A DNA stretch of 64,000 nt from the human T2T-CHM13v2.0 reference genome, Homo sapiens, in NCBI RefSeq assembly GCF_009914755.1, contig NC_060936.1, one strand, 5' to 3'. The position numbers were made by a program, and so were the translations under genes. Shown in pieces: positions 1-15,930 of this stretch. Positions within the stretch are counted from its first letter, which is position 1. The number at the start of each line of letters is the position of its first letter. The notes under the pieces were generated by a model that was given only the letters and a program-made list of their open reading frames with translations, was not told the DNA's origin and searched no databases.

Positions 1-420
1 CCGACTCCGGGGCGGGAACGGCACTCCACGCCCTTCTTGCTTGTCTTCTCCGCCTCTCTCTTCTCCCACCACTCTTCCTTTTAAGTACAAGACCGTATTA
101 TTTGAGAGAAAGTCTCGAACGCTGCTGGCTAAGGGGAAAAGTGCGATAACTTGTGATGATTCAGGGAATGACTAGACAGGATGGGAAAATACCCACGTGT
201 CTCTTTTCCTAGTCGCTGCTCCCTTTTCAGATGTACTAGGGCAGCGGGCAGGAGAATAGAAAGACCTGAGACAAACCCAGCACCCTCCTTCTAAGAAAAC
301 TGCGGTGCCCTGGTGAAAAGGGTTGGCTAAGAGGAAGGACTTACTAGTATCTTAGGGTTGCGGGAGAAAAAACTCAGTTCGACAGTTTATTGTATTGGCG
401 ATTCCAGTCTTGGAGTTTTC
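1..420. promoter_or_regulatory. Edge of CpG-island-type promoter
   Basis: CpG density is high relative to the non-repeat rest of the window; GC box GGGGCGGG at 9-16; E-box CACGTG at 194-199; truncated by the window start. Confidence 0.6.
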
Positions 421-1277
421 CCCTTAACCCTGTCTCTGCCTCTCCTCTTTACAGAGAATGAATTTAGCAGCAAAGCTCCCTACCAAAGTACTAACGCTGC
501 ACTGATGCTAATTTGAGATGAGCTGGGGCAGTGATTGTCTCTATTTTTTCATTATTAACATGCCAGAGGCTTATCCTCTGATGCAAGTCATCTGAAATTT
601 CTGGATCAGAGCGGGGTGGGCTGTCACTGACGCACCTAAGACTGACCTTTCTATATCCAAGTAATGTCAGGGCACATCATTGTGGGAGGCTACAAATGCC
701 AGGTCTCCATTTTGTAAAAAAGTAGGAGAGCCCTAAGTCACGCTCTTACCTAACATAAACCTTTCTTCCTACTTAATATTCCTGTTTTGCCCAGGTAGCA
801 CATGATGAGTGAGCAATCAGTGTTTGCCTGCCACAGAACTGGGAACAGAAGAAAGTGATTCACATGCTCTATATTTCTCAGGGAAAGACAGTTTTGGTCT
901 TTGGTCTGGCTGTTGTGGGAAACGTATGGCGAGAGCTCTGGAAAAATCCTTAGAAAATTAAAAGCTTTTGTTGGGAATAGGTCTAAAAGGCTGAGCGGCT
1001 GTTTACCTAAGCTAGTACCAACCCCAGTGTGCCACCTGAAGTTTCTCAATTACATATTCATTAGTTTGTTTTCTGAGTTTTAAGGAGAGTAAGGGAGGCT
1101 GGGACATTAAACGTATTCACATTCATATGCTTTGTAACTTATCAGAGGACTTTTCTCCTGGAAGGGCTGCAGGATATAGTGGAAAGAGGGTATAGTCAGC
1201 TAGCTGAGAGATCTTGGGCATGTTTACATTATCTGGTACTCAGCTTTCTGTACTATAAAATCAGCAAAAATTACATT

Positions 1278-1396
1278 TTTTTTTTTTTTGAGGCGGAGTC
1301 TCGCTCTGTCGCCAGGCTGGAGTGCAGTGGCGGGATCTCAGCTCACTGCAACCTCCGCCTCCTGAGTTCAAGCAATTCTCCTGCTCTCAGCCTCCC
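1278..1396 (-). mobile_element. 5'-truncated Alu (right arm only)
   Basis: PolyT followed by reverse-complement Alu 3' end; TSD AATTACATT at 1269-1277 and 1397-1405. Confidence 0.9.
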
Positions 1397-1659
1397 AATT
1401 ACATTATATTTAAGCTGTCTTAAGAACTGACACTGCACATAAAATGTGCTTGATTCGAGGAAGGCACTCAGTAAACATAGTCCCTTCTAGGGGCTTAAAG
1501 TCCTTGGTCTCTAAGAAGTGTATGGGAGAAGAGGAAATTATAACAGATGGGGTATTGAATATACAATATCAGCCTAAAAACGATAGACTTTGAATGAACT
1601 AGGATAACACCCCACATAAATTTATCACTGCATGGCTTAGACCAGTTCTCTTAGTGTTA

Positions 1660-1810
1660 ATAGGTTCTGAGTCAGGAATTTTGGCTGCTACTGACTTGTG
1701 TGGCTTTGGGCAAGTTGCTTAACTTTTGTGCCTCTGTTTACTTACATATAAAATGGGGATAATAATACTTCCTGCATCGTGAGAGTGTTGTGAAAGTGCC
1801 TGCAGTCCTT
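1660..1810 (+). mobile_element. MIR
   Basis: MIR core: tgtggctttgggcaagttgcttaac...aaaatggggataataatac. Confidence 0.75.
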
Positions 1811-2108
1811 AGATAAAAGGTGGTATGTGAGTACCAGAGTAGGTATTATTAGTCTATAAAGTGCCCTAGGAACCATGGATGAAAGAGATTATTGAGGTAC
1901 AAAGCTCTGTGTTTTGTTATTATTATCATTTATTATACCTTTTGTCTTTACCATTCTCAATATTCCCGAAGATATATTTCACAGCCAGACTGCTTCCAAC
2001 ATTGCACCGAGGTATTTAGCTGAGTCAGTCCTAAATTGCAAGATGTTTGCATATCATCAATCTTTATGTATAGCGTTCTGATGAAATAATCCTCAAAGAC
2101 TTGGAGCT

Positions 2109-2293
2109 TGGTTTCTCAACCTCAGCACTGTTACATTTGGGGCTGGATAATTCTTTGCTGTCCTGCCCATTGTAGGTTGTTTAGCAGCATCGTTGGCTTC
2201 TACCTATTAGATACCAATAAGAAACCCCCACCTGTATTGTGACATTGCCACATGGTCCCTGGGATAAAATTCTTCCCCGGTTGAGCACCTCTG
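2109..2293. mobile_element. MER20 (hAT-Charlie MITE)
   Basis: gtttctcaacc...ggataattcttt...tttagcagcatc...ggttgagcacctctg; TIR-like ends. Confidence 0.8.
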
Positions 2294-2768
2294 AGTTAGC
2301 CTAAAATAACCAATTTTTAGCGACTCACTTGCCCTTAATAATAAAATGAAATATGATGATAATGCTGACAAAAACAGATTCATTTAAATATGTCAGAGTG
2401 AAACCTAGATGTTAGTCTTAATGATTTTGAGGAAGTGTATTATTATATGTATGGATAGCTAGTGTATTGGGAAGTAGCCATTTTGCCTTCAATGCAGGTA
2501 TTTCTGGAACATATGCAATTCATCCTCTAACATCAAAATATTATATGTGCATAGGATAAAAAAATTACATACTTTAGTTCTACAAGGATTATAACAAAAA
2601 ACAGCAATCCCCTCTCTACCTTATCCATTCTGAAAACCCTACCCAAAACTTTGAACTTTTTAACTGTTTCCATTAATAGAGATCTTCATATTTATTTTTT
2701 ATGTGCATATCTGCTATTGTACATCTTGATTTTTCCATTTTTAGATATAGAAGAGGATTTAGCTCTAA

Positions 2769-3125
<357 letters not shown>

Positions 3126-3473
3126 ACACATATACTTTTCATACTCCTACACGCCCGTAGTATTATGACTATACAAATACTGTTCATAGCTGAGTCATGT
3201 GGTGTATATGATTGCATTTCTTTTTTTTTACAACTGTTTTTCCTTGTTGCACAACTATACCTTTTGTCTTTACCATTTTTCTGCAGTTAAAACTTGCCTC
3301 TTTTTTTTTCTTTAATCATCGGCTTATTTTTTTATATACCAGTCACAAGTATATACTCAAATTTTCCTCCTCTCAATGACGTTAATCACATTGGGTAAGC
3401 TATCAGTTCTATTCTCTTTTTGGAAACATCTGTTCTGGAGCCCTCCATCCCCCGCTTTAATATGGATTGATTT

Positions 3474-3770
3474 TGTTTGTTTGTTTGGAGACGGAGTCTC
3501 GCTCTGTTGGTGAGGCTGTAGTGCAGTGGCGCAGTCTTGGCTCACTGCAACCTCCGCCTCCTGGGTTCAAGCAATTCTCCTGCATCAGCCTCCAGAGTAG
3601 CTGGGAATACAGGCACATGCCACCACGCCCAGCTAATTTTTTGTATTTTAGTAGAGACGGGGGTTTCACCATGTTGCCCAGACTGGTCTCGAACTTCTGA
3701 GCTCAGGCAACCAGCCTGCTTTGGCCTCCCAAAGTGCTGGGATTACAGGTGTGAGCCACCGCACCTGGCC
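3474..3770 (-). mobile_element. AluS
   Basis: Full dimer; degenerate TSD taat(a/c)tgga(t/c)tgatttt. Confidence 0.9.
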
Positions 3771-3779
3771 TAATCTGGA

Positions 3780-5760
3780 CTGATTTTAAGGCTCGTTGCT
3801 TGTGGTCATCCTGGGATTATGCTCCTCTAACACCTTGAGAATCATTTTCTCTGTAGACTTCTTGTTTCCTGAATTGCATACTTTTCTCTTTTTGTTTCTC
3901 CCCTTCATTTTAGCAGAGTATATCCTCAGTATATTCTGAAGATAGTATAACTCATTCTTAGAGACCTTGCATATTGGAAAATGTTTTAAATTTATCTTCA
4001 TACTTGATTAATAGTTTGGTGGAGCATAGAACTCTAGGTTAGAAAGCATTTTCCTTCATAATTTTGAAGGCATTGCTTTATTATCATCTAGTTTCCAGAG
4101 TTGCTGTTTAGAAGACCAGTGGCATTCTGATTGCATTGTATTTTCTGTCTCAAAATTTTTGGATCTTCTTACTTAGATCCTCTGAAATATCTTGAAGATA
4201 TGCTCTGATTTGGTCTTTTATCATTATTATGTTATGCAGTCAGTGGACCCTTTTAATCAGCTATCTGCCTTCCAGTTAGGAAATTTTCTTATCCTCTTTC
4301 TTTTTCTTTGACATGGAGTCTCGCTCTGTCGCCCAGGTCAGAGTGCAGTGGCCTGATCTAGGCTCACAGCAACCTTCACCTTTCGGGTTCAAGCGATTCT
4401 CCTGCCTCAGCCTCCTGAGTAGCTGGGATTACAGGCACACACGCCTGGTTAATTTTTGTATTTTTAGTAGAGACGGGGCTTCACCATGTTGGTCAGGTTG
4501 GTCTTGAACTCCTGACCTCATGATCCACCTGCCTCAGCCTCCCAAAATGCTGGGATTAGAGGCGTGAGCCACCGTGCCTGGCCTATTCTCTTTCTTTTAT
4601 AAGACTTTCCTTCTACTTTCTCTGTTCCTGCCTTCTGGAATTCCTGTTAAGTAGGTGTTGGAATGCTAGAAGTTCTCTAACAAATTTTTTCTCTTTTCTC
4701 TTTTATTTTTCATTTCCTTGGCATGTTATTCTACTTTTAGTGAAATTTCCTTCACTTTGTATGCCAGTTCTTCTATAGAATTTTCTGTTTCGGACACTAT
4801 TTCTAATATCTCTTTCTTGTTCTCTAAATATTTTTTTCTGTAGCATCTTGGTCTTATGATACATATTGAGCATTTTGTCCTCTAAGCAAATTGCCTACAT
4901 TTTTTGTTTGTTTTAATCTTCATCTTTCATGTTAGAGCACTTCCTCATCAGTTTATTCATATTTAAGACTGAAGCACTGCAAAGCTGATTGAAAGCTCTT
5001 ATGTGAAAAGGAAGACCTTGTTGGACTGATGGGCCTCATTTAGGGAGCCGGTGTTTGGCCGCAGACATTTTCTGGAGGCATGTGTCAAATTCAGCATCTA
5101 TGGAGCTTCTCTTTTGGCCCAATAATTTTCCTTGAGTAAAACTATTTCTGCTTGTGTTGTCAGTTGCCAATTTTTTCAGGTGCCAAGTAGGGAAAGAAGA
5201 CTGGAGGAGTCTCATTACTCAATACGCAGGTTTTCACTTAATCCCTATACTTAGTATATCTGACGTACCCAATTTCAGTGCGTTTGTAATTCAACATCTG
5301 TACAATGTGAAAACTTCCAGTCCTCTGCCAGGATCAGGAGAGATAGTCTCCTTGCTACTGAGCCCTGCAGAAGGGATTTGAGAATCTAACTGTTCCTTGT
5401 GTAGATTTTCAACTAATCCTTCTGTTTTCATCCCCATCCTTCACTCTGTTTCAGAGGTATATGCTGCTGCCTCCAATTCTGAACCTTTCTTCAGGGATCT
5501 GCAGGACAAAAAAAGATTACTTCTTATTGGCTTTGTCTCTTGCAGGTTGTTAGAATTTACCTTACTCTGCTCTGCTAAAGCCTGTCTGCTTTCTATCTTT
5601 CATCTTCCAAAATTTTGTTCTTACTGTTCATCCTCTTTGTTGTTACTGGTTTATCATTTTACTTTGGTTTTAGTGAAGTTACTTGAGGAAGTAAAGATAA
5701 ACACGTGTGTTCAGCCTGTTATATTTAATAGGAAGTCCAATTCATCTGTTTTGCAGATTT
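3780..5760 (-). mobile_element. Ancient L1M fragment (5'/ORF1 region, antisense)
   Basis: T-rich strand-biased sequence with degenerate antisense L1 ORF1-like motifs; interrupted by an Alu. Confidence 0.55.
4295..4583 (-). mobile_element. AluS
   Basis: Reverse-complement Alu dimer. Confidence 0.9.
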
Positions 5761-6110
5761 CTAGATACTTTGCAATCTACTCCATAAGTCCAGATCAGCA
5801 GAGACGTCTACATCTTATTTCTGTCCTCAGTGATTTACATCATAAGCCCATATTGATTGACACTATAAGAAAGAGCTCTAAAAATTTGTTTTATTTTCTG
5901 TAGGCTTTTTTTGAAGGTGTGGCCCATTATATTACATATATTCCTATTATCAAAAACCTAGAAAACATTTCTGACATCCATATTAAGAATAGATGTGGTT
6001 CTCTTTTGGAACTTTTTTTAACCATATAGTAAAACTATTTTTCATATAGCTAGTGAATATTCTGTTTTCAATTGCCTGTAGGTAATCTTAGACCAGATTT
6101 TTGGCCTATC

Positions 6111-6260
6111 CAGGGAAGACCTAGATTTTATGGTGCCTGAAGCTTACATAATTTGGTGGACTTTCTATAAGAAAAATAATCCGTAAGAAAATAAATATTT
6201 AGAATAAGTGAGAAATTTTTTTAAATTACAAATTTTAACAAATTGAAAAATGCCATAAAT
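6111..6260 (+). mobile_element. MER53-like hAT terminal fragment
   Basis: cagggaagacctagattttatggtgcctgaagcttacataatttgg...taagaaaaa resembles the MER53 5' end. Confidence 0.5.
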
Positions 6261-7613
6261 ATCACAAAAATCCAGGAAAAAACCCTATTCATTTACTCTC
6301 TGACATATTTCTATGCCATTTTGTATGCATTTTATTATTGATTTTATTACTTATTGATGCATAAAGTACATGTCTTTACATGCAGATATATCCACTATTT
6401 GTAGTACAAGTATATAGGTTTATGCATCACAAACACAAGAACTCTTATAAATTGTACATCAAAAAAAATCTACTTCAAAAAGGAAAATAATGTATAGGCC
6501 ATTCATAATTTTATACTCAGCATTATATCATATATTCCAGATAGGAAAGAATATCTATTCCTGATAGGAAAGTATATCAAATGCCAATGAAAACCTAATT
6601 CTCTGCTTATTTTACATGTCTCATGATTGGAAGAATTTCCCACAGACTGGTTTTAGTGCCATCAGACTATACCACTCTCTACAAGGAGCAACTCATTGTT
6701 CCTGTTGTCAGCCTACTTCCAAGTCACTCTTACTTACTGAGGACTTTAACTGCTAGCTAACCTTCTTTCTCCCCACTCCTCTTTATGTCCAGTTCTTAGT
6801 GATAACATCTACAAAGATAATTTATCCAGTCTCCTGGCATCTCAGATACTTGACCTCCTCACTCCAAATAACATTTTTCCTCTTTACCCCCTCTTCAGCT
6901 AGATATCTCTTGACTTTGTCATCATCAATAAGTACATCTTCAAAATCTCAGTTCTGAACATTCCATTTTCAACCACTACCACCTAACTCTTCAGCACACT
7001 TCCTCTCATACCCCCACTCCAACCATTTTTTGATCTATTGATCCTACTAATTTTTCATTATCCTTCCTTTCCATGTCCTAACTTCCTTACTAGGCTTTAG
7101 TTCTAAAGTTTATAATTATTAGCCTCTTCTGTGTATACCTGCTCACCTAAAGAAAGATAGTTAAAAACACTATGGCATGCTTCCTAACCCAACTTTAATG
7201 CATGTCCATAGTCTTAACTAGGCAGTCCATACTATCTGGCAATCCTAGTAAGCTTGCTTTCCTGTACTCCAAAATGACTAGTTTATATCAGTCTTTTAAG
7301 CCTCCAATACCTCCTTATACCAACCTCACTCTCAGTTGATGAGCTTGCCTTCACACTTCACTGACTCTAAAATAGCACCACTCAGAGTAGGGCTTATCTG
7401 CCCAAGACAGCTTTACCCATCTTCCTGCATCTAGATCTACTCTCTGCCTTCTTAATTAAATGAAGTTATCTGCTCCTCTTAAAGGCTGTCCTGCCACCTG
7501 TATCTTTCCCCTTTTGAGGGTTTTGCTTCTACAATTATACTCTCATGCATAATCAGTTTCTTCTCTATTAAATCATTCCCTTCAGCATACAAATGAGCTC
7601 TAGTAATTCCCTC

Positions 7614-8122
7614 TGTATTAGTTTTCTCTTTGTTGTCGTAACAAAGTTCCAAAGACTTAGCATCTTTAAAAGAAAAATCCCACCTTTATCATCTTACAGT
7701 TCTGTAGGATAGAAGTGCTACCTGGATCCCACTGGGCTAAAACCAAGAAACTGGCAAGGCTGCATTCCCTTGTGGAAGTTCTTGAGAACAATCCATGCTC
7801 TTGCCCTTTCCAGCCTCTAGAGGCCACGCACATTCCTGGCTGGTGGTCCTCTTCTCTCAAAGCAAATAATGGTGCATCTCTCGGCCTTTCTTCCATAGAC
7901 ACATCTCTCTAGGATTCTCTCTTTTGCCTCTATGTTCTACTTGTAAGGATCATTGGGACCACCTGAATAATCCAAGATAATCTCCTTATTTTAAGGTCAG
8001 GTGACTAGCAACTATAATTCTATCTTCAACCTTAATTTCCCTTTGCCATGTAGCTTAATGCATTCAGAAGTTCCAGAGATTATAGTCTGGAAGTTGTTGG
8101 AGGCCATTATCTACTTACTATG
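7614..8122 (-). mobile_element. MLT1D-like MaLR solo LTR
   Basis: tgtattagtttt...gtaacaaa start; ggccattatctacttacta end; ccttaatttccctttgccatg motif. Confidence 0.8.
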
Positions 8123-8645
8123 CCCCCTTAAAGAAATAAACTTCCCTTGACTCCAGAATCTAATCTGGTCAATGTTATAATTCACTGTCAAAATTTTTGG
8201 AAGGGTTATCTTTAGTCACTGTTGATATTTCCACCCTTACCATTCTTTCTATAATAATTTCCAAATGGTCATTAGTCCTCACCACTCCACTTATTATTCA
8301 CCACTCCTGTCAAAATTATCAATAAGCTTCATATCTTTTTTATCCTACCTAACCTTTCTGTATTATTCAGCACAAATGACTCCCTCATTTTTAAAATCCT
8401 CCTTCTTGTAACTTTTTAAAAATCACCAAAAAAGTTTTATTTTGTCCTCCAACTTCATTGGATGCTCCTTCTCAGCCTCCTTTACCCACTCCTCCCCATC
8501 TGCTTAATCTGTGAAAACTAAAGTCTTCTCAGTAGTTAATCACTGGCCCTCTTTTCTTCTCATGCAACACTTTATCCCTAGGTGAATCCATGGAATACCA
8601 TGGCTTTAGGAGTCACTCTCATATCCCATTTGCCAGTTTGACATC

Positions 8646-9183
8646 TGTATTCGTCAGGGTTTCCTAGAGTGACAGAACTAATAGGATAGATGTATATATG
8701 AAGGGGAGTTTATTAAGGAGTACTAACTCACATGATCACAAGGTGAAGTCCCACAATAGGCCATCTGCAAGCTGAGGTGCAAGGAAGACAGTCTGAGTCC
8801 CAAAACCTCAAAAGTAGGGAAGCCAACAGTGCAGCCTTCAGTCTGTGGCCAAAGGCTCGAGAGCCCCTGGCAAATCACTGATATAATTCCAAGAGTCCAA
8901 AAGCTGAAGAACTTGGAATCGATGTTCAGGGGCAGGAAGCATCCAGGATGTGAGAGAGATGAAGGCCGGAAGACTCAGCAAGTCTGCTCTTCCTTCTTCT
9001 GCTTGCTTTATTCTAGCAGCAGCTGATTAGATGGTGCCCACCCAGTTCAAGATGCGGCCTGCCTCTCCCAGTCCACTGACTCAAATGTTAATCTCCTTTG
9101 GCAGCACCATCACAGACACACCCAGGAGCGATACTTTGCATCCTTCAATCTGGTCAAGTTGACATTCCATATCAACCATCAAA
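8646..9183 (-). mobile_element. MLT2A-type ERVL solo LTR
   Basis: tgtattcgtcagggtttcctagag...caagttgacattccatatcaaccatc; 5-bp TSD ACATC. Confidence 0.85.
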
Positions 9184-10309
9184 ACATCTTCATATGGATG
9201 TCTTCTCAAAATGAACATGACCAAAAAAAACTTCCATCCATTTCTCCATCTGCCCCTACCTTATTTCTCTCTCATTTCTTTCCCATCTTGGTAAATGGTC
9301 TCACCATCCATCCAACTGTTCAAGCAAAAATCTACAAGACTTCTTTGATTCATCTCTTCCTTACCCCATAAATCCAATTCACCATTCTATCAGCTCCCAT
9401 TCCAAAATATATTCGATCCTCACAACAAAAAGAATGTTCTTCTCAAAATGTAATCAGACCATGTGACTCCCTTGTTCTCAGCCCTCTATAAGTCCCTATT
9501 TCACTTAAAATCCAAATTCCTTTCATTGGCCTTTAAGACCCTGTATGATCTGGTTCCTGCTTTCACCTTTAATGTTGATTCTGATGACTCGCCCTCTTTT
9601 CATTAAACTCAGCTTTTTGTCTGTTCCTAAAATATTCAAAGCTCATTCCTGCCTTGGTGCTCCTGCACTGCTTAGAAGCATTTGCCCCCAGATCTAGCTA
9701 TACCTATCATTGAGGTCTCAGTTCAACTGTCACCTCCCCAAAAAAAGCCTTCTCTGATCACCCAATCTAAAAAAGCCAAATTCTCCACCCTAAACCTCAA
9801 TCACTATTGTATTGCCATTTTATAGTATTTATAATACTATCACCACTAGAAATTATTCATATGTTTATTGGCAGCCTCTCCCACTCTAGAATATAAGCAT
9901 ACTGAAACAGACATCTTGCCTATTGCCTTCACAGCTGTATTCCCAGCACCAGTAACTCGCGATAAACATTAGGCATTCAACTTAATCTGAGTTCTATGGA
10001 TAGACTTAGAAAGGTCTACAAATCAAGTAAGGAAAAAAAAAGCTTAGATTCCCCTTCGGCGTCTTCCTATTTGTTTTAAATTTGTCTGAATACAAAGAAA
10101 GTTATTTTTATTGTCAATTTATGACTTAATAGACTACTAATAGATACAGAGGCTGAGAAGGAGCATACAATTTTGATATCATGTTATCTGTCTGTTATTA
10201 GGAATTTAACATATGCTGCCCTTAAAATAATGGGCATCTACCTTTGTTTACATCAAGCATAGCTTAAGTTGGAAAATATCAAAGTAAAGAAGGTTCTACA
10301 AAGGCGGGT

Positions 10310-10440
10310 AGGATTATGGTGGTCCAAAGCAGTTAACGTTGACTTCAGGCATTTCTAAGTTACATGACCTTGGGCAAATTACCTAATTTCTCTGCCACAA
10401 TATTTACCTCACAGATTATTGGGGGTATTAAATGAAATTT
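10310..10440 (+). mobile_element. MIR
   Basis: tgaccttgggcaaattacctaatttctctg core. Confidence 0.65.
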
Positions 10441-10456
10441 ATCCTTTGAGTTTGCT

Positions 10457-10745
10457 TTTTTAAAAAAAAAAAAAAAGAAAAATAGGGTTTTGCTCTATCA
10501 CCCAGGCTGGAGTGCAGTAGCATGGTCATTGCCCACTGCAGCCTCAAACTCCTGGGCTATACCAGTCCTCCTGCCTCAGCCTCCCAAGTAGCTAGGACCA
10601 CAGGTGCATACCACCATGCCCAGCTAATTATTATTATTATTATTGTTATTATTATTATTATTATTTATGGAGACAAGGTCTAGCTGTGCTGCCCAGTCTG
10701 GTCTCAAACTCCTGGCTTCAAGTGATCCTCCTGCCTCAGCCTCCC
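10457..10745 (-). mobile_element. AluJ with internal (ATT)n microsatellite
   Basis: J-type cactgcagcctcaaactcctgggct; (ATT)n at ~10627-10664. Confidence 0.9.
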
Positions 10746-10968
10746 TTATTTAACTTTTGACATAACCACTGAACATACTGAGACACGAAAGCCATAGCAG
10801 TTTTAATACAGAAAGATTCTTGCCAACAAAATCAGATTTCAACAAAGCTAAAAGATCATATTCCACCTTGTAAGTATACAGCCAAAGAAGAAAATAAGAG
10901 TTCCTTATGATACCAGAAAAAGGGGAAATGTCTTAAGGCATCAAAGCCAAGACTGAACAATTTGACTA

Positions 10969-11284
10969 CTTTTTTTTTCTTTTTTCTTTTCTTTTTTTTT
11001 TTTTTGAGAGAGTCTTGCTCTATCACCCAGGCTGGAGTGCAGTGGTGTGATCTTGGCTCACCGCAACCTCCACCTCCCGAGTTCAAGCGATCCTCATACC
11101 TCAGCCTTCTGAGTAGCTGGGACTACAGGTGTGCACCACCACGCCCAGCTAATTTTTGTATTTTTAGTAGAGATGGTTTCACCATATTGGCCAGGCTGGT
11201 CTTCAACTTCTGACCTCAAGTGCCCTGCCTGCTGCAGCCTCCCAAAGTGCTTGGATTACAGGTGTGAGCCACCACACCTGGCCC
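10969..11284 (-). mobile_element. AluS
   Basis: Full dimer; TSD tgactac(t/a)tttt. Confidence 0.9.
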
Positions 11285-11309
11285 TGACTACATTTTTAAA
11301 AGTGACAAT

Positions 11310-11594
11310 AGGCAGGGCAGTGGTGGCTAACGCCTGTAATCCCAACACTTCAGGAGGCCGAAGTAGGAGAATTGTTGAGGCCAGGAGTTCAAGACCAGCT
11401 TGGTCAGCATAGCAAGACCCTGTTTCTATAAAAAAAAAAAAAGAGAGAGAGAGAGAAATTAGGTGGTGGTGTGCGCCTGTAGTTCCAGCTTCTTGGGAGG
11501 ATTGCTCGAGCCTAGGAGTTTGAGGGTACAGTGAGCTAAGATCACACCACTGCACTCACACCTGGGTGACACAACGAGACCTTGACTTAAAGAA
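11310..11594 (+). mobile_element. AluJ
   Basis: Dimer with (GA)n linker; TSD aaaa(g/t)tgacaa. Confidence 0.85.
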
Positions 11595-11741
11595 AAAATT
11601 GACAACAAACAAAGTAAAAAGACAAGTCACATATTGAAAGCAGAAATTTGCCTGGCATATAATATAAAGAGAATGATTAATATTGAAAGAACTGTAACAA
11701 ATCATTGAGGAAAAAAGCAACGATGTTTTAAAAATGGTCTA

Positions 11742-12035
<294 letters not shown>

Positions 12036-12367
12036 TTAAGAATATGAATAGTCCATTCATAGGAGAAGAAACTGAATGGCAGATAAATACAGGAAAATAT
12101 ACACAAATGTCAAAATAAAACAAAAAGTACCCTTTTATACCTATTGTATTATCCAAAGTTAATGTCTGATAATGCCAAGTGATGGTGGGCAAATGGAGGG
12201 AAAACTCAGCACTGAGTATAAATTGATCCAACTATTTTGGAAAACTTTTGGCAATACTTAAGTTGAAGATGTAATTTTCCAACAACTCAACAACTGCATA
12301 CTTAGATGTCTACCCTAGAGAAATCCTGATATATACACAAGGACACATGGACATAAATATTTATTGT

Positions 12368-12686
<319 letters not shown>

Positions 12687-13123
12687 TTAGTTTTAGAATG
12701 GATATATACAGTTTTTTAAAATAGAACATGTGATAGCATCTCAGAAACATGTTTAAAAACTAGTTTCAAGTGCATATGGAAAGTATGATACCATTCATAC
12801 AAATTTCTAAAATGTACAAACAATATGAATATTGTTGACAGATAGATATTTTTGTAATAAAAACACAAGCACACAAAATTCAGTTTATTAGTTGCTTCTT
12901 AGGACAGATGGAGAGAAAAAGCTATAGGAGCTGTAATGTTTTATTGTTTATAATGTTTTATTTCTTTAAAAAGAAAGCTCTAAGATAAATGTAAAATGTT
13001 AACATTTGTTCAATTTGAATAGGGCAAGTACATAAACTTATCTTTGTACTTTTGTATGTTTGAAACTTATATTATCTTCTGTACTTTTGTATGTTTGAAA
13101 TATAGGATTCAAAGTAATGTTTA

Positions 13124-13499
<376 letters not shown>

Positions 13500-13599
13500 T
13501 TAAAAGGCTGCAACTTTAACAAAATTAAACTTGTCCCAACTTGTCTTGGGGCAAACTTAAAATGTCAGTATTTTTCTAACAAGCAAAAAAAAAAAAAAA

Positions 13600-15080
<1,481 letters not shown>

Positions 15081-15342
15081 ATGTGTTCAGTACTTCTTGC
15101 CATGCAAACAAAAAAACAACTGGATGACATAGATGATGTAACATCTAGATTTTAATCTAAAACATAGATTCAAATCAGAAGGATTTTTTCACTGGAATTC
15201 ACTATTGAGCAAAGTAAAGGTTGCCTTTTATTGACACACTTGAATTTAAATTACTGAAGATAATATTTTGCATAACATAATTTATAGCAGTAATTTTTTG
15301 ATTACGACAAGCAGGACACTATGCTAATCACTGCATATATAG

Positions 15343-15761
15343 TGTATTAGTTCATTCTTACATTGCTATAAAGAAATACCTGAGGTTGGGTAATTTATAA
15401 AGAAAAAATGTTTCATTGGCTCATGGTTTTGCAAGCTGTAGAGGAAGCATGGTGCCAGCATATGCTGGGTTTCTGGTGGGGGCCTCAGGGCGCTCTTACT
15501 CATGGCAGAAGGTGACGGGGATACAGCATGTCACATGGTGAGAGTGGAAGTAAGAGAGAGAAGGGGGAGGTCTCAGACTCTTAACTGGATCTCACATGAT
15601 TTAACTGAGCAAGAACTCACCTATGACCAGGCAAAGATGCTAAGCCATTCATGAGGGATCCTACCCCAAGATCCAATCCCCTCCCACCAGTCTCCACCTC
15701 CAACATTGGGAATCACGTTTCAACATGATATTTAGAGAGGACAAACATCCAAACCATATCC
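15343..15761 (-). mobile_element. MST (MSTA/MSTB) MaLR solo LTR
   Basis: tgtattagttcattc...ctataaagaaatacctgag...aaacatccaaaccatatc. Confidence 0.85.
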
Positions 15762-15762
15762 A

Positions 15763-15930
15763 TGTTTAACCCTGTAACAGTCCTATGAGAGGAGCATTAG
15801 TATTACTTTTCTTGGACTGATCAGAGCAGTGAGACATAGAGAGATTAAGTAGCTTGTCCTGTGTTACACAGCTAATACATGATAAAGCCAAATATTTCAG
15901 CACATTTGTGTGATTCCAGAGCCCATCTTT
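15763..15930 (-). mobile_element. MIR
   Basis: gagacatagagagattaagtagcttgtcc...tgattccagagccc. Confidence 0.65.

Larger units (their letters stand above)
6750..9980 (+). mobile_element. L2 LINE (ORF2 to 3' end), interrupted by two LTRs
   Basis: Typical L2 motifs (ttgactttgtcatcatcaataa...aaaatctcag; cacagctgtattcccagcac 3' end); CT-rich. Confidence 0.75.

Noticed and set aside
5397-5903. 168-aa ORF
   Set aside because: Non-ATG start, T-rich old L1 antisense sequence, no recognisable protein features
10457-10484. PolyA inside the polyT tail of a minus-strand Alu
   Set aside because: Most simply a homopolymer expansion of the AA next to the Alu end
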